Assembly: GCA_964016885.1 (NCBI GenBank)
Contig: OZ024741.1
Coordinates: 138,942,001 to 139,006,000, forward strand
DNA length: 64,000 nt
From: Eledone cirrhosa
Taxonomy: Eukaryota
Direction of reading: 5' to 3'
A model generated the notes under the pieces. That model made no database searches. It saw only the letters and a list, made by a program, of their open reading frames with translations, and was not told the origin of the DNA. Within the stretch, counting starts at the first letter, position 1. Each line of letters begins with the position of its first letter. Below are positions 11,060-27,110 of the stretch, piece by piece. Both the position numbers and the translations under genes were made by a program.

Positions 11060-14000
11060 GTCTACAGCGTGATGATGCCACACAAAAGCCACGTGGAGTG
11101 ACGAAACCACCGGAGACGATGAATTCACCGGTGGTTATGTAACCATACATTCACCACTCCTCGATAAGTGTGTTTAAATGTCGAACCTAAACATTTCGAA
11201 TAACGGTGAAATAGAGACTAGAATGTCATGTGACAGACTCTCACCCAACAGGTGCTCCCTGGCTCAGCAGCAGGGACCTGGCTGTCAACCAAATACTGCT
11301 GGTGTCGAAGGAAGAAGAAGAAGGAAAGGGACCAGAACCAACTAGACAAAATAATTGAATAGAACTGTTATGGAATGTTACCTGAAGAGTAACCCCAAGG
11401 AGAAAGGCTATAGGAAAAGGATGCATAACATCTGGAACGAGATTGGTCCATTTAAATTAGATGAACAAAAACTGGCCGGGCAGGCTCGGGTAATAAGAAC
11501 TAATGGGTGGATAAGCGAGCTGGAACTGGAGGAACTGAGCAGAGAGATTAGCTTGGAGATGGAGAGTGGAGTATGCCAGGCAAACGAGCCAGGGGGAAAT
11601 GAAGGTGAAGATGTCGAGAGAACGGAGGAACTACCCGAAGCAGACAATGATCTGAATGCTGAAATAAATAATACCTGGAACAGAGATACGGCCACTGAGG
11701 AGATGAATGCTGACGGGCTAGGACAAGATTTGGTTGATATCCTAAACTTAGTGGTAGATGAATTGAACAATGATAGTGGGAGACCTATGAACCTAAGATT
11801 TCTAGACACGAAAAAGTTAAAAGAAACAACAGCTAAGGTAAACAAAGTCATCCCATACCTTGAGGCGAGGAGCCTTCACCAGTGCAACAATATCCTCAAA
11901 GCAACAGCAAATACGGTGAGGAAACTACTTGGTATAAAAGCGAGAGGAAACAATAGACACGAAAGAGCAGAGCCTTGGTGGAAGAAACGACTGAGTGGTC
12001 AAATCAGGGAAATGAGAAATGACATTGGAAAGCTTGAGTCCCTACTGAATGGGACACTAAAAAACATAGACACTAAACATAGACTGGAAATAAAGTACAA
12101 AACTAGGAGCAAAAAGCTAAATATTATCATAGAGGAACTGAAGCAACGCATTGTAGCAAAGGGTGCACAAATCAGGCGATACGAGAACAGAGTCAGTCAG
12201 TATAGACAGAACCGCATGTTCGACAACAACCAGAAGATGCTGTTTGGACAGCTTGAAGGGAAAGAAAGAGGCAACGACTTGATCCCTGAGGCGGAACAAA
12301 CTAAAACATTCTGGAGAAGAATATGGGAGCAGGATGTTAAACGTAATGACCAGGGAGTGTTGATTGAGAAAGTACAGAAGGAGATCAGTGAACATGCACA
12401 CCAACAAACTGATTTGAGTATCACAGTTGAAACTTTTAAGGGGCAGGCCAAAAAACTAACCAACTGGAAATGATCTGGCCCAGATGGTGTGCAGGGGTAT
12501 TGGATTAAAAACATAACATCCCTCCACCCGAAACTGACAACCATGTTCAATGACTGCTTGATGTCAGGTGAGGTACCAGAGTGGTTGACAAAAGGTACCA
12601 CAGTTCTGATAATGAAAGACCGAATCAAGGGTAATGATGTTACCAATTATAGACCTATCACATGTCTGTCCGTAATGTGGAGACTGTTGACAAGCATTAT
12701 GTCTGAGGAAATCTACCACCACCTCCACACAAACAACTTGTTACCGGACGAACAGAAAGGATGCCGAAAGAAGTCACGTGGTACAAAGGACCAGTTACTT
12801 ATTGATAAGATGGTAATGAGGACTTGCAAGAGTAGACACACTGGTCTTGCCATGGGATGGATAGACTACAAAAAGGCATTTGACATGGTGCCTCATTCTT
12901 GGATCACCAAAAGCCTGGAGATCTTCAAGGTGGCAGATAACATCAGACCATCTTTGGGCAAAAGTATGAAGTCCTGGGAAACAGAGTTAACATCAACTGG
13001 AGAATCCTTGGGAAGCGTGAAGATCAAGAGAGGTATCTTCCAGGGAGATAGTCTGTCCCCTCTGTTGTTTGTCCTTGCCCTGATGCCCCTGACCAGTGTA
13101 CTGTGAAAAGTGAGAACAGGATACAGGTTGGGAAAGGGAGGGCTTACCATCAATCACCTCCTCTTCAGGGACGATCTGAAGCTCTTCGGGAAGAGTGAGA
13201 AGGAGTTGGATGTGCTTGTTGACACTGTCCGTATTTTCAGCAATGATATATGTATGCAATTTTGTGTTATTAAGTGTGGAGTCATTGTGATGAGGAGTGG
13301 TAAGTTGAGCAGAAGTAACGGAATCCAGGTACCAACAGGTGAGATGATAAAGGAAATTGACTCTGAGGAAGGATACAAGTATTTGGGCGTTCTGGAGGTT
13401 GATGACATCAAGAACAAAAAATTGAAGGAATTGATAAGAACTGAATACCTTCGGAGAGTAAGGAGCGTATTAAAGTCACATCTGAACAGTAGGAATGCCA
13501 TAAGTGCAGTAAATTCCCGAGCTGTGTCTATTATTAGGTACAGTGCGGGAATTCTGAGATGGAATGTTGCTGAATAAAAAGAAATGGATAGGAAGACTAG
13601 GAAGCTATTAACTATATACAACATGTTCCACAAGAGGAGGGATGTCGATAGACTCTACTTAAGGAGATCTGAATGTGGAAGAGGTCTTATCAGCATAGAG
13701 GACTGTGTTCAGATGGAGAAAAACAACCTAGACAAATACGTGACTGATAGTAAGGAGCCAATGCTCAGAATTGTACTGAAGGAGAGGACAATAGACCAGG
13801 GGATGTCCAAGGAGGAAATAACAACCAGGAGAAAGAGCAGCCTTCATGAAAAATCCCTTCATAGTACCTTCTTTGAGAAAACTGAATTCAGAGATCCACA
13901 GACATGGAACTGGTTGAAAAGAGGAGACCTTAAAGAGGCTACAGAAGGAGTGCTAATGGCTGCGCAAGAGCAGGCCCTCAAAACGAAGTGGTTGAAATAC

Positions 14001-14700
14001 CATATTTACAAGGAGGAGGCTACCCCACTGTGCAGGATATGTGGAGAGAAAGAGAGGAGGCTGTGGCTCACATTGTATCCGAGTATAAACACCTAGCCCA
14101 GACTAACTACAAAGGCTGGAGACATGATGTGATGGGCAGGGTGATCCACTGGCACCTATGCTAAGTAAACAATTTACCACATTCTGAGAAGTGGTATGAG
14201 CATAAGCCAGAGTCGTTGATAGAAAACGATCAGGTGAAGGTGCTGTGGGATTTTAGGATACAGACGGACAAGAAACTGGAACACAATAGACCTGACCTGG
14301 TGGTTTTGGACAAGGAAAAAAGATCGTACCTGATTGTGGATTTGGCCTGCCCATTCGACACGAGAGTGCAAGAGAAGGAAAGGGAGAAAAGTAACCGATA
14401 CCAGGATTTAAAGTGGGAGGTAAAAAGGATTTGGAACTGCCATGAAGTCAAAGTCGTCCCGTTTGTCATAGGCGCACTAGGTACTATCTCAAAATGTTTC
14501 CAGGGATGGTTAAAGAAAATTGGCCCCGCCACGCTTTTTGGAACACTCCAAAAGGCATGCTCGCTGGGAACAGCAAGAACCCTCCGATAGGTCCTGAATA
14601 TCTGAGGTTGCAGGTACTGGCTTGATATTCACTTCAACAAACTTTCCAGTTAACTAACATCAATGACTGAGACTCAAAGAACAATAATAATAATAATAAT
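11060..14700 (+). mobile_element. R4/Dong-clade non-LTR retrotransposon (RT + restriction-like endonuclease), near full length, inactivated
   Basis: One long reading frame broken by stops at 12471, 13104 and 13575 and a frameshift near 14055: GPDG, YRPITCL, WIDYKKAFD, GIFQGDSLSP, HLLFRDD, YKYLG, CRICG..E...H, RHD, RPDLVV...IVDLACP, K..RYQDL; (AAT)n tail. 5' boundary approximate. Confidence 0.9.
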
Positions 14701-14702
14701 GA

Positions 14703-16335
14703 TATATGTATGACCTGAAACTATTTGCGGTAGGAGCTATAGGACTGCACATTAAAATTATATGATCAATGGTCTCTGGTTGTTTTTTTTACATACATGG
14801 CATAACGGGTTGCATCCATTTTTTATTATTAGTGATATATGTATGCAATTTGGTATTAATAAGTGTGGAGTTCAAGTGATGAAGAGGGGTATATTGAGCA
14901 GAAGCAACGGAATCCAGGTACCAACAGGTGAGATCATAAAGGAAATTGACACTGAAGAAGGATACACATATTTAGGTGTTCTGGAGGCATATGACATGAA
15001 GAAAAAAAATTGAAGGAATTGATAAGTTCTGAGTACATCAGGAGAGTAAGGAGCGTATTAAAATCACATCTAAATAGTAGTAATGTCATAAGTGCAGTGG
15101 ATTCCCGAGCTGTGTCTATTATTAGGTACAGTGCGGGAATTCTGAGATAGAATGTTGCTGAACAAAAAGAAATGGATAGGAAGCCTAGGAAGCTATTGAC
15201 TATCTACAACATGTTCCACAAGAGGAGTGATGTCGATAAAATCAACTTAAAAAGATCTGAATGTGGAAGAGGTCTTATCAGCATAGAGGACTGTGTTGAG
15301 ATGGAGAAACACAACCTGCACAAATACGTGACCGACAGTAGGGAGCCAATGCTCAAAATTGTACTGAAGGAGAATACTATAGACCAGGGGATGTCCAAGG
15401 AGGAAATAACAACAAGGAAGAAGGGCAACCTTCATAAAAAATCCCCTTTCATAGCACCTTCTTTAGGAAAACGGAATACAGAAATCCACAGACATGGAAC
15501 TAGTTGAAAAGAGGAGACCTTAAAAAACTACAGAAGGAATGCTAATGGCTGCACAATAGTAGGACCTCAGAACGAAGCGGATGATACACCATATTGACAA
15601 GGAGGAGGCTAGCTCGCTGTGTAGGATCTGTGGAGAGAGAGAGAGGTGACTGTGGCTCACATTGTATCCTACTGTATACATCTAGCCCAGACTCACTATA
15701 AGGGCTGGAGACATGATGTGATGGGCAGGGTGATCCACTGGCACCTATTCAAAGTAAACAATTTACCACATACTGAGAAGTGGTATGAGCATAAGCCAGA
15801 GTCTGTGATAAAAAACGATCAGGTGTAGGTGCTATGGGAATTTAGGATACAGACGGACAACAATTTAGAACACAATAGGCCTGACCTGGTGCTTTCGCAC
15901 AAGGAAAAAAGATCGTGCCTGATTGTAGATGTAACCTGCCCATTTGACACGAGAGTGCAAGAAAAGGATAGGGAGAAAATTAACCGATACCAGGATTTAA
16001 AGTGGGAGTTAAAACGGATTTTTAACTGCCATGAGATCAAGGTCGGCCCGATTGTCATAGGAGCACTAGGTACTATCTCAAAGAGTTTCCTAGGATGGTT
16101 AAAGAAGATTAGTCCAGCCCCGTGTTTTGGGACACTTAAAAGGGCATGCTTGTTGGGAACAGCAAGAACCCTCCGAAACATCCCGAGTGTCGGAGGGTGC
16201 AGGTAGCGGCTTGAAATTCATTTCAACAAACTTTCCAGTTAAATAACATCAATGACTGAGACTCAAAGTAACAACACCAACAACAACAACAACAGCAACA
16301 ACTAATATAACAACAGCAACAACAACAACAGCAAC
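14703..16335 (+). mobile_element. Second, 5'-truncated R4/Dong copy in tandem, more degraded
   Basis: 14829-16270 aligns to 13240-14682 including the same 3' UTR; ends in (CAA)n. Confidence 0.88.
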
Positions 16336-17512
16336 ACTGGAATCATACTGCTTGGTGTGAACGATAGTCGCTTGGCGACGTTATGATTGTCTCACCAGTT
16401 GATACGACTGAATGAATCTGAATTATGAAATAGATTTGATAAAGTTAGATGAATACTTTCCATTTTGTATATCTATCACTGAGGACATATTTTCCTGTTG
16501 TATATCTCTGCAATGATTCCTCTTCTGTTTATTTGGTCTTTTATTCTATCGCTAGTTTCATTGTAAATGGATTTATGTGTGTTCCTGTGTGTTTGTGTAT
16601 GCCTGTATCCGTGTTTATATGATTGTATTTATTAATGGTAGCGTTAACACAAAGGGAATCAGAATAGAAGCGTATATGGAATCGTATACAATATGTAGAA
16701 GATACATACATAAAGATCGCTGAGCCTATTATGAATTGCCCAAATAACCGTGCGAGAGAGCAACATAATAGTATTTCAGGATATTTAATACATTATCAGT
16801 TACGTTTAAATACTCTGTATGAAGTCGAGAAGTTAATGCTTCTTATATAGAGATTTTGTAAATTATAAATTTGTATTTATGAATATATAATTGAGCGAAA
16901 TTTCAGTCAGGTCTGTCTGAACATACAAGATACGTCCTTTGATTTAATCCATCATAAATGTTATTATTATTAAAACTGTTGAGACAGCATGGATTCATGT
17001 TTCAGGTGTGGACTCCTCAATCATTATGCTCTGGGTTCTGACCTACTGAATGATATCCCTGGCAATATTCGTGACTCCGGATCTATTCATACCTTTTAAA
17101 TGAAAGTGGCTAAAGGCAAAATGTTTGGAATATATTCGGATAGACCGTACCTGTAATTTAAAGATCCAGCCTTGTTATACACCGAATATTCCTTAGACCT
17201 AAGTTAAATGTACATGTGTTTGTAGAATGCTCAGTCACTCGCACGTTAATATCAAGCGTAGGTTATTCCACTTATTGAACAACTCGAACACACGTCGAAA
17301 CTGTCGGACATCTATATCATTCTTCAATGATTAAAACTACGAAATGATAAAAAAAAAAACAGACTTAAATAAAGATTATAATTCAATGGGATGAAATAAG
17401 GTGATATAACGTAATTCAAACATTGAACTCATATCTAAAGATTCATATAAAAAACAACAAAAACTTTTATGACACCACATCTTCATCTTTCAATCTTAAC
17501 TCCTTAACTTTT

Positions 17513-17655
<143 letters not shown>

Positions 17656-17768
17656 ATTATTTTGCTTCTATAAACAATTCTCAGTGACACAATACCATTT
17701 CCTTCTAAGTCTCCACATCTTTCAAAATGCTATCCGCTTGCTGGCGACATTATTTCTCCATACCTGAA

Positions 17769-17810
<42 letters not shown>

Positions 17811-17907
17811 AGTTCGTAATATATATTTCTTATGCATACATAAATTAATACATAATATATATATAATCTATATATGTGTGTGTATGAGTATGTGTATATG
17901 TATGTGT

Positions 17908-17989
<82 letters not shown>

Positions 17990-19070
17990 ATATATATATA
18001 TATCTATTGAACCATCTGATATTTGTTAGTTTTCGTTTTTTAATCTTAAAATAATTCGACAAAATGATTCTTCTTTCCACTTGTTTGTATGGAAGGGTTT
18101 TAATATAAACATCTTCTATTAATAAACAAGTTTTAACTTTGATGCATAAGGCACCGGATTTCCTGTTACTAAACACTTAAAAGTAGATATTTAGTGCTTA
18201 GCGTTGCTATATATATTTGGGATTCCTATTCAAACTTGCCAATTTCCATCTGCTATTGATTTTTTTTCACCATTTCCACGAAGCATAAGAATCTGCTTTA
18301 GTTGTGGAGTATAATTCGACTTATTCTTCTTTTATTATTTCCTTTTACAAAGGAAAAAATGTTTTTCACCATATTAAAACGCATAATTCCTTCTCTAAGA
18401 CAAGGCATTTGTTTTTTATGATGATATCTCGTAGAAGCTGTGCTTGCGCGTGGTATAATTGTTAAGGTGTTCAAATCAGTCGCTAGTTCGATCCTCATAC
18501 TAAACAGCACTTATGTTGCTTTTCCAACACAATTTAATACATGATGCTCTAGTCCATCCAATTGATGAAACTAAGGAGTACCTATAATATAAAGAGTCAG
18601 CCTTTTCATCATACTGTGTCACTCTACATCTCCCTGAAAATTACGATGTGGATTGCCAGGCGACTTTTAAGTTCATTTCACGAGTAGACAATAGTTTTGT
18701 ACTAACAACTGGAACACTCCTCATCGCAATCAGTCGATATCCAAGAAAGAAAAAAAAGAAGCTAAGCAACTATTTGAAATAAATTTTACCAAGGCTTAAT
18801 ATTATTCCATTACCTAAAACAGGTATTTACCAGCTTTGAATCTCGATTATATTAATCCTTTCGAAATATTTTTAGTCTAATTTAATCCTGATAATGGATA
18901 ATGTGTGTCTGCATGTGTGTTTGAGTACGGGTGTCTCCCTCACTCTTTCTCTCTCTCTCTCCTATTACCCCTCTCTCATTTTGACTGCTGGCGGTTTCGA
19001 TGGGGGTTGTTTTAGTTTTTCGGACATCGGAACCGTTTGTTCATGAAATCATCGAGCAAATACACGTGCG

Positions 19071-19126
<56 letters not shown>

Positions 19127-19337
19127 ATTACCATAGAATTAAACAATATTATGACAGTTTGAACCTTCGAATTACGGGTAGGTCACATTTTATCCAGTTG
19201 AGTATATTAGAGTAACGTGAGATAAAATTTCTTACCCAAGGACACAAGGCATACCATCTTTACGAATGCGTTCGTTTTTGTTACCACTCACACTTATGCA
19301 GGTTCAGATGTCCACGTCCGAAGTAAATTCTCATAGA

Positions 19338-19756
19338 TGTTGACACAGGTGATTTAATTATGGGAGACACAGTCTATCTCGAAGAGCAACGTAGAATAAA
19401 ACGTCTTGCACAATAATACAACAAACCTTCTGTGGTTAGAAAAAGCTATCTCACTTACCGGTTTTCACAGGCGCCGCTAAACTCCTCTGCTGGTTACTCC
19501 TCTTCCACGTGCGTCCAACTGCTTAACACCGAGAGCTGCCCAAAACTCGCGTCCACACCGTTTGCTGGTCACCACTAGAGAGAGGCCCTCTGCTGGCCCT
19601 TCCGGTCGAGCATCCTTCCGGCCAAACATCCTTCCGGTAGAGCACTCCCCCGCCTCAGGCCACCGTACGCCACACACCCTTCCGGTCGAGCACTCCCCGG
19701 CCTCCGGCCACCGCACGCCACACCATACCCACACGCCCCCCTCATCTCAAGGATCA
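19338..19756 (-). repeat. 3' LTR (TG...CA, ~419 bp) with adjacent polypurine tract
   Basis: Minus-strand AGAGGGACGAGGGGGAAAT (19757-19775) precedes TGATCC; 19552-19733 is repeated at 23098-23296. Confidence 0.75.
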
Positions 19757-22700
19757 ATTTCCCCCTCGTCCCTCTGCATATGAAAGTCCGCTGTCCAGGT
19801 TGGTGGTCTACGATTTCGTTGCGATCTTCGTAGTATTGGGGCAGAGCTCTGGGTTTCCACCTCATCTTTGGGTTTCCTCTTCCTCGGAGTCCGTCGACAC
19901 AGTGATTCTTCTTACATCCAGGACATGACGTGGTACCCCGTCCACGGACACATTGTTCTTTGAATTTACGGCCGTCACCGTTCCCCTTCCCCATTGAGAT
20001 GTGCAACGTGCATCTGGGGGCTTAACCCAGACTTCTTCGCCCACCTGCACGAATGCACTCTCTCTCCCAACTGGCCGTTGTGGTGGCGTGCACGGGTGCC
20101 GCCACTCGTATTTGAATACTGCTCTGTGTTGCACCGATTCCTCGACTTGTCCAACCCGAGGGGACATATTGTACCAAAACACTGCCTCCATTGGTGAGAT
20201 ATGGACCCGCTCCGCCATTGCCTTGATCGTCCGGTGGTGTCGCTCCACGATTCCATTCCCGCTCGGCCTGTGCGCCGCTCTGAAGAAACGGTCCACCTTC
20301 CATCAATCTAGCATCTCCCTCAGTGCCTCCGAGCGGAACGCTGCGCTGTTGTCCATCAGCAGTTCGTCCACAGGGCGCCGCTCCAAGAACACCTCTCTCA
20401 ACGTCCGCACGATTTCCTCGGCCTTCCAGTCCTCATCTCCCTCCTTATCGCCATTCGACCTGGTCCACAGTCGACTATCGAGAGGTACGTTCCCTTCCGG
20501 TAGTGCGTCACATCCACCGCTAATCGCTTCCAGTCGCGATCCACCGGGAGGCTTCCCGTTTCGTGTACACCCGGGGCGGGATCAATGGACTGACATCGGA
20601 CGCAGCCTCTAACCACCCCCCGAACACTGTGTCTGCTAACGTCCGAGTCTATTCTCCTGGCTAGGAACAGGCTCCTATCCACCCCCATGTGGTGCATGTC
20701 ATGCAACCCCTTCAGGTCTGACTCGGTCAGCCGACACACGGCAGCTATCTCATCCTCTCCCTCCTCCGGCGCTTCCATCCAGGCTTTCTTCACTCTAGTT
20801 AAGATGTCCGCCCTATTTTTCTCTGCGGGCACGAACACTACGCTCAGCTTCAGGTCGAACTCGGTGGCCAGCTCTCCTAACGTTCCCAGGCGGCGCATTA
20901 TCAGCATCTCCGCCGCGCCTCTCGTTCGCACTCTCTTCTCACTGGTGAGCACCGATCTTACCCATCCGAGTACAGTAGCCGAGTCGGTGCGTATCTTGAT
21001 GGTGTGCATCCCCCACCGCAGGGCGAGGTTCACCCCTCTCAACACCGCGTCCAGCTCGGCCACATTGATGTGGCTGCAGTCGTCCTTCTTTCTAAGCGAG
21101 GCTGCATCCTCGACCTCAACACCTCCTATCTCCAACGTGACACCAAGCGCTATGTTGCTGGCATCGCACCATACGGTCCCGCTCTGTGATTTGGGAACAT
21201 ACCAGCGTCCCCGCACTGGGTCGTCGGCCTTCACCCTCCCCACGATATCCTGCATCATGGCCACCGTTCTCTCTCCCACTCTGTCACTCCAAGTCACCCC
21301 TCCCGCTCGTCTCTTGACATAGCTGCATGCCGTCCGGAGCCACCCAGCGATCGGGTAGTGACCCACCAGCTTTCCACACACCGAGAAAAGCTCCCGCCTA
21401 CTCATACTTGGGCCCAGTTCTGGAACTTCGTTTCCCCTCTGGAACACCAAAACGCCCGTCTTGTCTCGCCGTAGCCTAAGTCCCAGCGCGGCTCCTCCCT
21501 CCAATGCTTCTTATGGCTTCGCAGTCAGTTCATACCTCTGCAAATGGCTCGTGACCTCCGCCGTCGACACCACCGACTCGTCCACTAGGATGTCGTCAAT
21601 ATAGGAGTTAGTAGCCCTCTTTATCTTGTCGGCCCTCCCCAGAGCGGTCTTGAGGACCGCCGCCATGATCTTCGGTGCGGAGCTCAGCCCGAAACCGAGC
21701 CTGGTCAGGCAATATGTCCGGCTCTTATACCTGACCAGCTGATACCGCCAGAGCTTCTCATCTATATGCAACTGCAAGTAAGCCTACTTTAGATCCACGA
21801 TCGCTGAACCCCCCGTCATGCGTTTCCACTGACGCAGGGTTTCCCCACAGACATCCCTGTCCTCGCTCCCGATAGACCAGCACCGGCCTCACCTTGCTCT
21901 TCGTGGGTTGCACCACCGCCATTAACGGCAATACTCCGCAGTTCACCTCATCCTTCCAGGGAAGCAGTATGCCCTCTTCGATCCATCTCTCTACTTCTCG
22001 CTCGAACTCGCTCCTAGCGTTTCCCTTCAATGTGTGTTGATAGCAGACCACTTTGGTCTTCAGTGTTGGTGGTTCTCCCTTCCAGTACCACTCAACAACC
22101 CATCGCTGCCCATCAAACACGGCCTTGAAGTCTTTGTCCTGTACAGTGTAAGCGGGGTATTCCTCCTCGTGGGCCTTCTGGTACTCATGACGTGCACTCA
22201 CAGCGCATACCGATGCAGCGGCGCCAAACAACACACCGACATTGCTCACCGTGACGCCCCCTAGACGGCCAATCGCGTCCATGCCCATAACCACTCCGAT
22301 CCCATCCACCACACTGTCTACCACGATGGCGGAAAGCCTTATCCTCCTTCCCCGTACCGCTATTTCCATCTCGCTGCGACCTCGGCATTCAATTTTCCTG
22401 CCGTCGACTGCCCTTACGCTGCTCTTCCCTCCCCACCTCTGCGCCACCCCACGGTCACCAGTGTCGTCGTACAGCCCGTATCCACGAGGGCTCGCTGTGG
22501 CTTCCTCCTCACGAAGACTTCCACCACGGGCAGCGCCGCTACTCGTGAGGGGCAACTACCGGCGCAGTAGTTCCCCTTGGATCGTTTCCCTGGTCGCAGT
22601 TAGTAGCAATGTGGCCTGGTCGCTTACACCGGTAGCAAATTATCTCCGGCTTCGACTCTCTACAGTCTCTAGCCATGTGCGGGCTCTGGCACCGAAAACA

Positions 22701-23142
22701 GCGCCCTCTAAGCGCACGCGGGCGGCTGCGTGCCGAGGTTGCCTCCCTTTCACTATTTCGGTGCCAGGTGTCCTGAGCCTCCGTAGTTGCTATCGCCGCA
22801 ACACTCTTTTTGGCATCTTCCGCTATGATCCGGGCTTGTTCCACCAGTGAACGCATTTCCATCTCTTTATAACCCGGAACTTGCTGCAGTTTCACCGCTA
22901 TGTCGTCCGGAAATCCATTGATGAACGCCAACCGCACCGTGCGTTCGCATTCCACCTGGTAACCGGCCAACATGACCAACCGCCGTATTTCCGCTGCGAA
23001 AATGTCGCATCTCTTTGGCTGTGCTCGTCCAACTCAAGGAATTGTACCAACGCGTCGCCCTCGAGGTACAGTGCCATGAGGCCGGCCACGTCCTCTATCC
23101 ACACCGTTTGCTGGTCACCACTAGAGAGAGGCCCTCTGCTGG

Positions 23143-23287
23143 CCCTTCCGGTCGAGCACTCCCCCGCCTCCGGCCACCGCACGCCACACACCCTTCCGGT
23201 CGAGCACTGCCCCGCCTCCGGCCACCGCACGCCACACACCCTTCCGGTCGAGCACTCCCCCGCCTCCGGCCACCGCACGCCACACAA
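23143..23287. repeat. 48-bp GC-rich tandem repeat x3 in the 5' LTR remnant (x2 in the 3' LTR)
   Basis: CCCTTCCGGTCGAGCACT... at 23143, 23191 and 23239. Confidence 0.92.
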
Positions 23288-23804
23288 TACCCACACCTTC
23301 CATTCAAGAAAATGAGCCCACGCCCTACGATCACATTAACCACTATACTGGGCGCCTTTCTTCCGTAGGTATTCTATTATGGATATAGTAATAACTTATC
23401 ATTTTCATGAATGTATAATATATTGATTGGGACTTTAGGAACTTAAGATGTTTCCGATAAAAAGCCTAGGGCTGAAACAACAATCAACCTGATGAAATTG
23501 CGTTTATTATTGAACAGAATAACGCAGGTGTATCAGCAGAATTACTCGATTGTTGATGTTTGAATGGATTTGTATGGAAATCTATCGATATCCATCCTAT
23601 TGTTTATTGGTCCAGTTATTTGCAAATGCAATATTATGTAAACGGTTGATATTACGTCATCAGCAAATGGTATTATGGAGAATTATTTATGAGATGAAAC
23701 TAGTAATCATTGATAATATTGATAAGCTTCTAAACTACAATGTATTACACTAAAATATCCTCATAAATTTATATTCACAATTATATTCATCCGTACACCG
23801 AGGC

Positions 23805-24963
<1,159 letters not shown>

Positions 24964-26948
24964 CGAGTGCAAATATATCAGACCTATTTGGAATAGATAT
25001 CCTATTTCAATATAACCCCATAGCATGTGTACATTTTCTATTTCGAATACGTACAAATTTATATCCCCTTCCAATCATCAATACATTTTAATATCACTTT
25101 CTAACCCCCTAAATTGCTCATGCCATAAGTATATCAGTCAATCACATAATGAATGCTGATATGCGTGTGATAACCCTCCTCCCATATGTGTGATGTATAT
25201 TTTCATACACGTCGAATGATCTATACATATTTATTATAGAAAATAACAAACAGTGAAGTAATGATATAGATTATTTATCTAATATGTGTATCACCTTGGA
25301 GAAAGGAACAGGAGGTTTGTAATAGTTTAACCAAGAAGCAATAATATAAATATCCTATGTATCACTTATTAGATGTTACGTACTCTCAAATAATATAATA
25401 TCCCCGAGGCTATATATTATTTCTTAACTGATTTAATGTGCAATAGTAATTTTACGGATATTCATTCTTTTGTTCCGGATTACACAAGTTTCTTGCACAC
25501 AAATGACATATTGAATACGATTGCGTAATGAGCAAGTCTTGAGTTCAAATCTATAGCACCTCCTCCATGCTCACACCACGTACGATAAATGCAAAAGTAT
25601 GTTCCGAACTCCAAATCTAATTCGAAAATATTCAATTATATTCATTCTAGATGATAATTGCCAATTTTAGCAAAGGTTGATTAAATATCGAACGTTTAGA
25701 TGAATGGACTACAGTTCGCATCGTATCAATAGTATTCTGAATTGACTGATATATCTGCAATCATGGATAATATAATGAGGTGGTTGCTGGAAAACAACAA
25801 ACAACTATATAACTCTATATAAGATGCAAGGCTTCATTATTTATTTTCCGAGAATAAATATATCACTCTGACTATGACGTAGATAGCGATATTTTCTCTC
25901 ACCGTGATGTAATCTAGATGACACTACGTTGCTAAACCGGATATTTCAGATGTGATGCAATTGTTGCATTGATTCTTGAAGTCATGATAATATGAGGATA
26001 GACACCGACAAAATATTAAAATACGTTCCATAGAATAATAGTTATCGAACACAAAATGACATGAGACAGACAAACAAAAGCATTGAGTGTTCTTTAACAT
26101 TGCTTTTTAACGTAATTTGATTGTAAATTATACATTGCTGAATGCAAGATCATTAGAGCACTGAATAACACTTTTTAATTGCGCACTTAGTCAGGAGGCA
26201 CAACAAATGCTCACACCTTCTACAATGGAAATTAAAATTTTATTCGCATATGATCTGTAGGAGCTTGCACGTTGTGTTAAATCGATCAATAAATTAAGTG
26301 AAGTATCGTGTAATATGGTTTTAGAACAATACCAGCATGGAGTCTAGTTGAGTGAAAACTCCATAATGTACAACTGTATTCGATCAAATTAATGAAGTCG
26401 TCTATATTTAATTTCTAGAAATACTAGAAATAGCAGCCAAATCGGTCATGATCTAAACCATTACTACTTAAAACAATTAATGACAAATCCTGTACTCCTC
26501 TCCTAGATAGAGTACGTAAGAATGAAATTGTGGGCTGATCAGGAATATCTTTAATGATAGATTCGTCTAATTGAGGCAGGGCTAGAGCAATATAACAAGA
26601 AATCCAGCAGCAGTAGTTAGATAAAAAAAATTTGTTTTCATGTTTAAATGTGGAGTGATGAAAAATGTTGATATGATCAGTGTTCAATTTACGACCTAGT
26701 TAAAAACAAATGATATACGATGCGTGACTGGAGAACAACATGAGAGTATTTAACTGTATTCTCTTGGTAGTGTTGTTGGTGATAGTGGTTTTTGTAGTGG
26801 TCGTAGTGTTGGTGGTGTATCAGAATTACTGCCTTCAGCTTTAATGCACTTCAATCTTTTAACCATAAATTAGATACAAACATTTCACATGTGCTCACAG
26901 TTGCATTTCTTCTCTTTCTATCTCTCTTTACACGCACACACACAGGCG

Positions 26949-27110
<162 letters not shown>

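Larger units (their letters stand above)
19338..23300 (-). mobile_element. Compact LTR retrotransposon (Ty3/Gypsy domain order), frameshifted, 5' end deleted
   Basis: Gag with two CCHC knuckles (22539-22979), protease RALVDTGC (~22465-22495), RT YIDD (21511-21777), RNase H WCDAS..AELDAV..RTDS, integrase HH-CC, LAVDVTH, NGIVERHHRTIK; order PR-RT-RH-IN. Confidence 0.9.

Noticed and set aside
11066-11145. Hammerhead in the R4 5' leader (GTGATGA...GAAAC...GTT)
   Set aside because: G3 cannot pair with G8, and stems I and II are unconvincing
17764-17771. CTGAAGA next to (TA)n
   Set aside because: No stem II or GAAA follows
23143-23287. CRISPR-like array
   Set aside because: Contiguous 48-bp repeats without spacers, inside an LTR, in eukaryotic DNA
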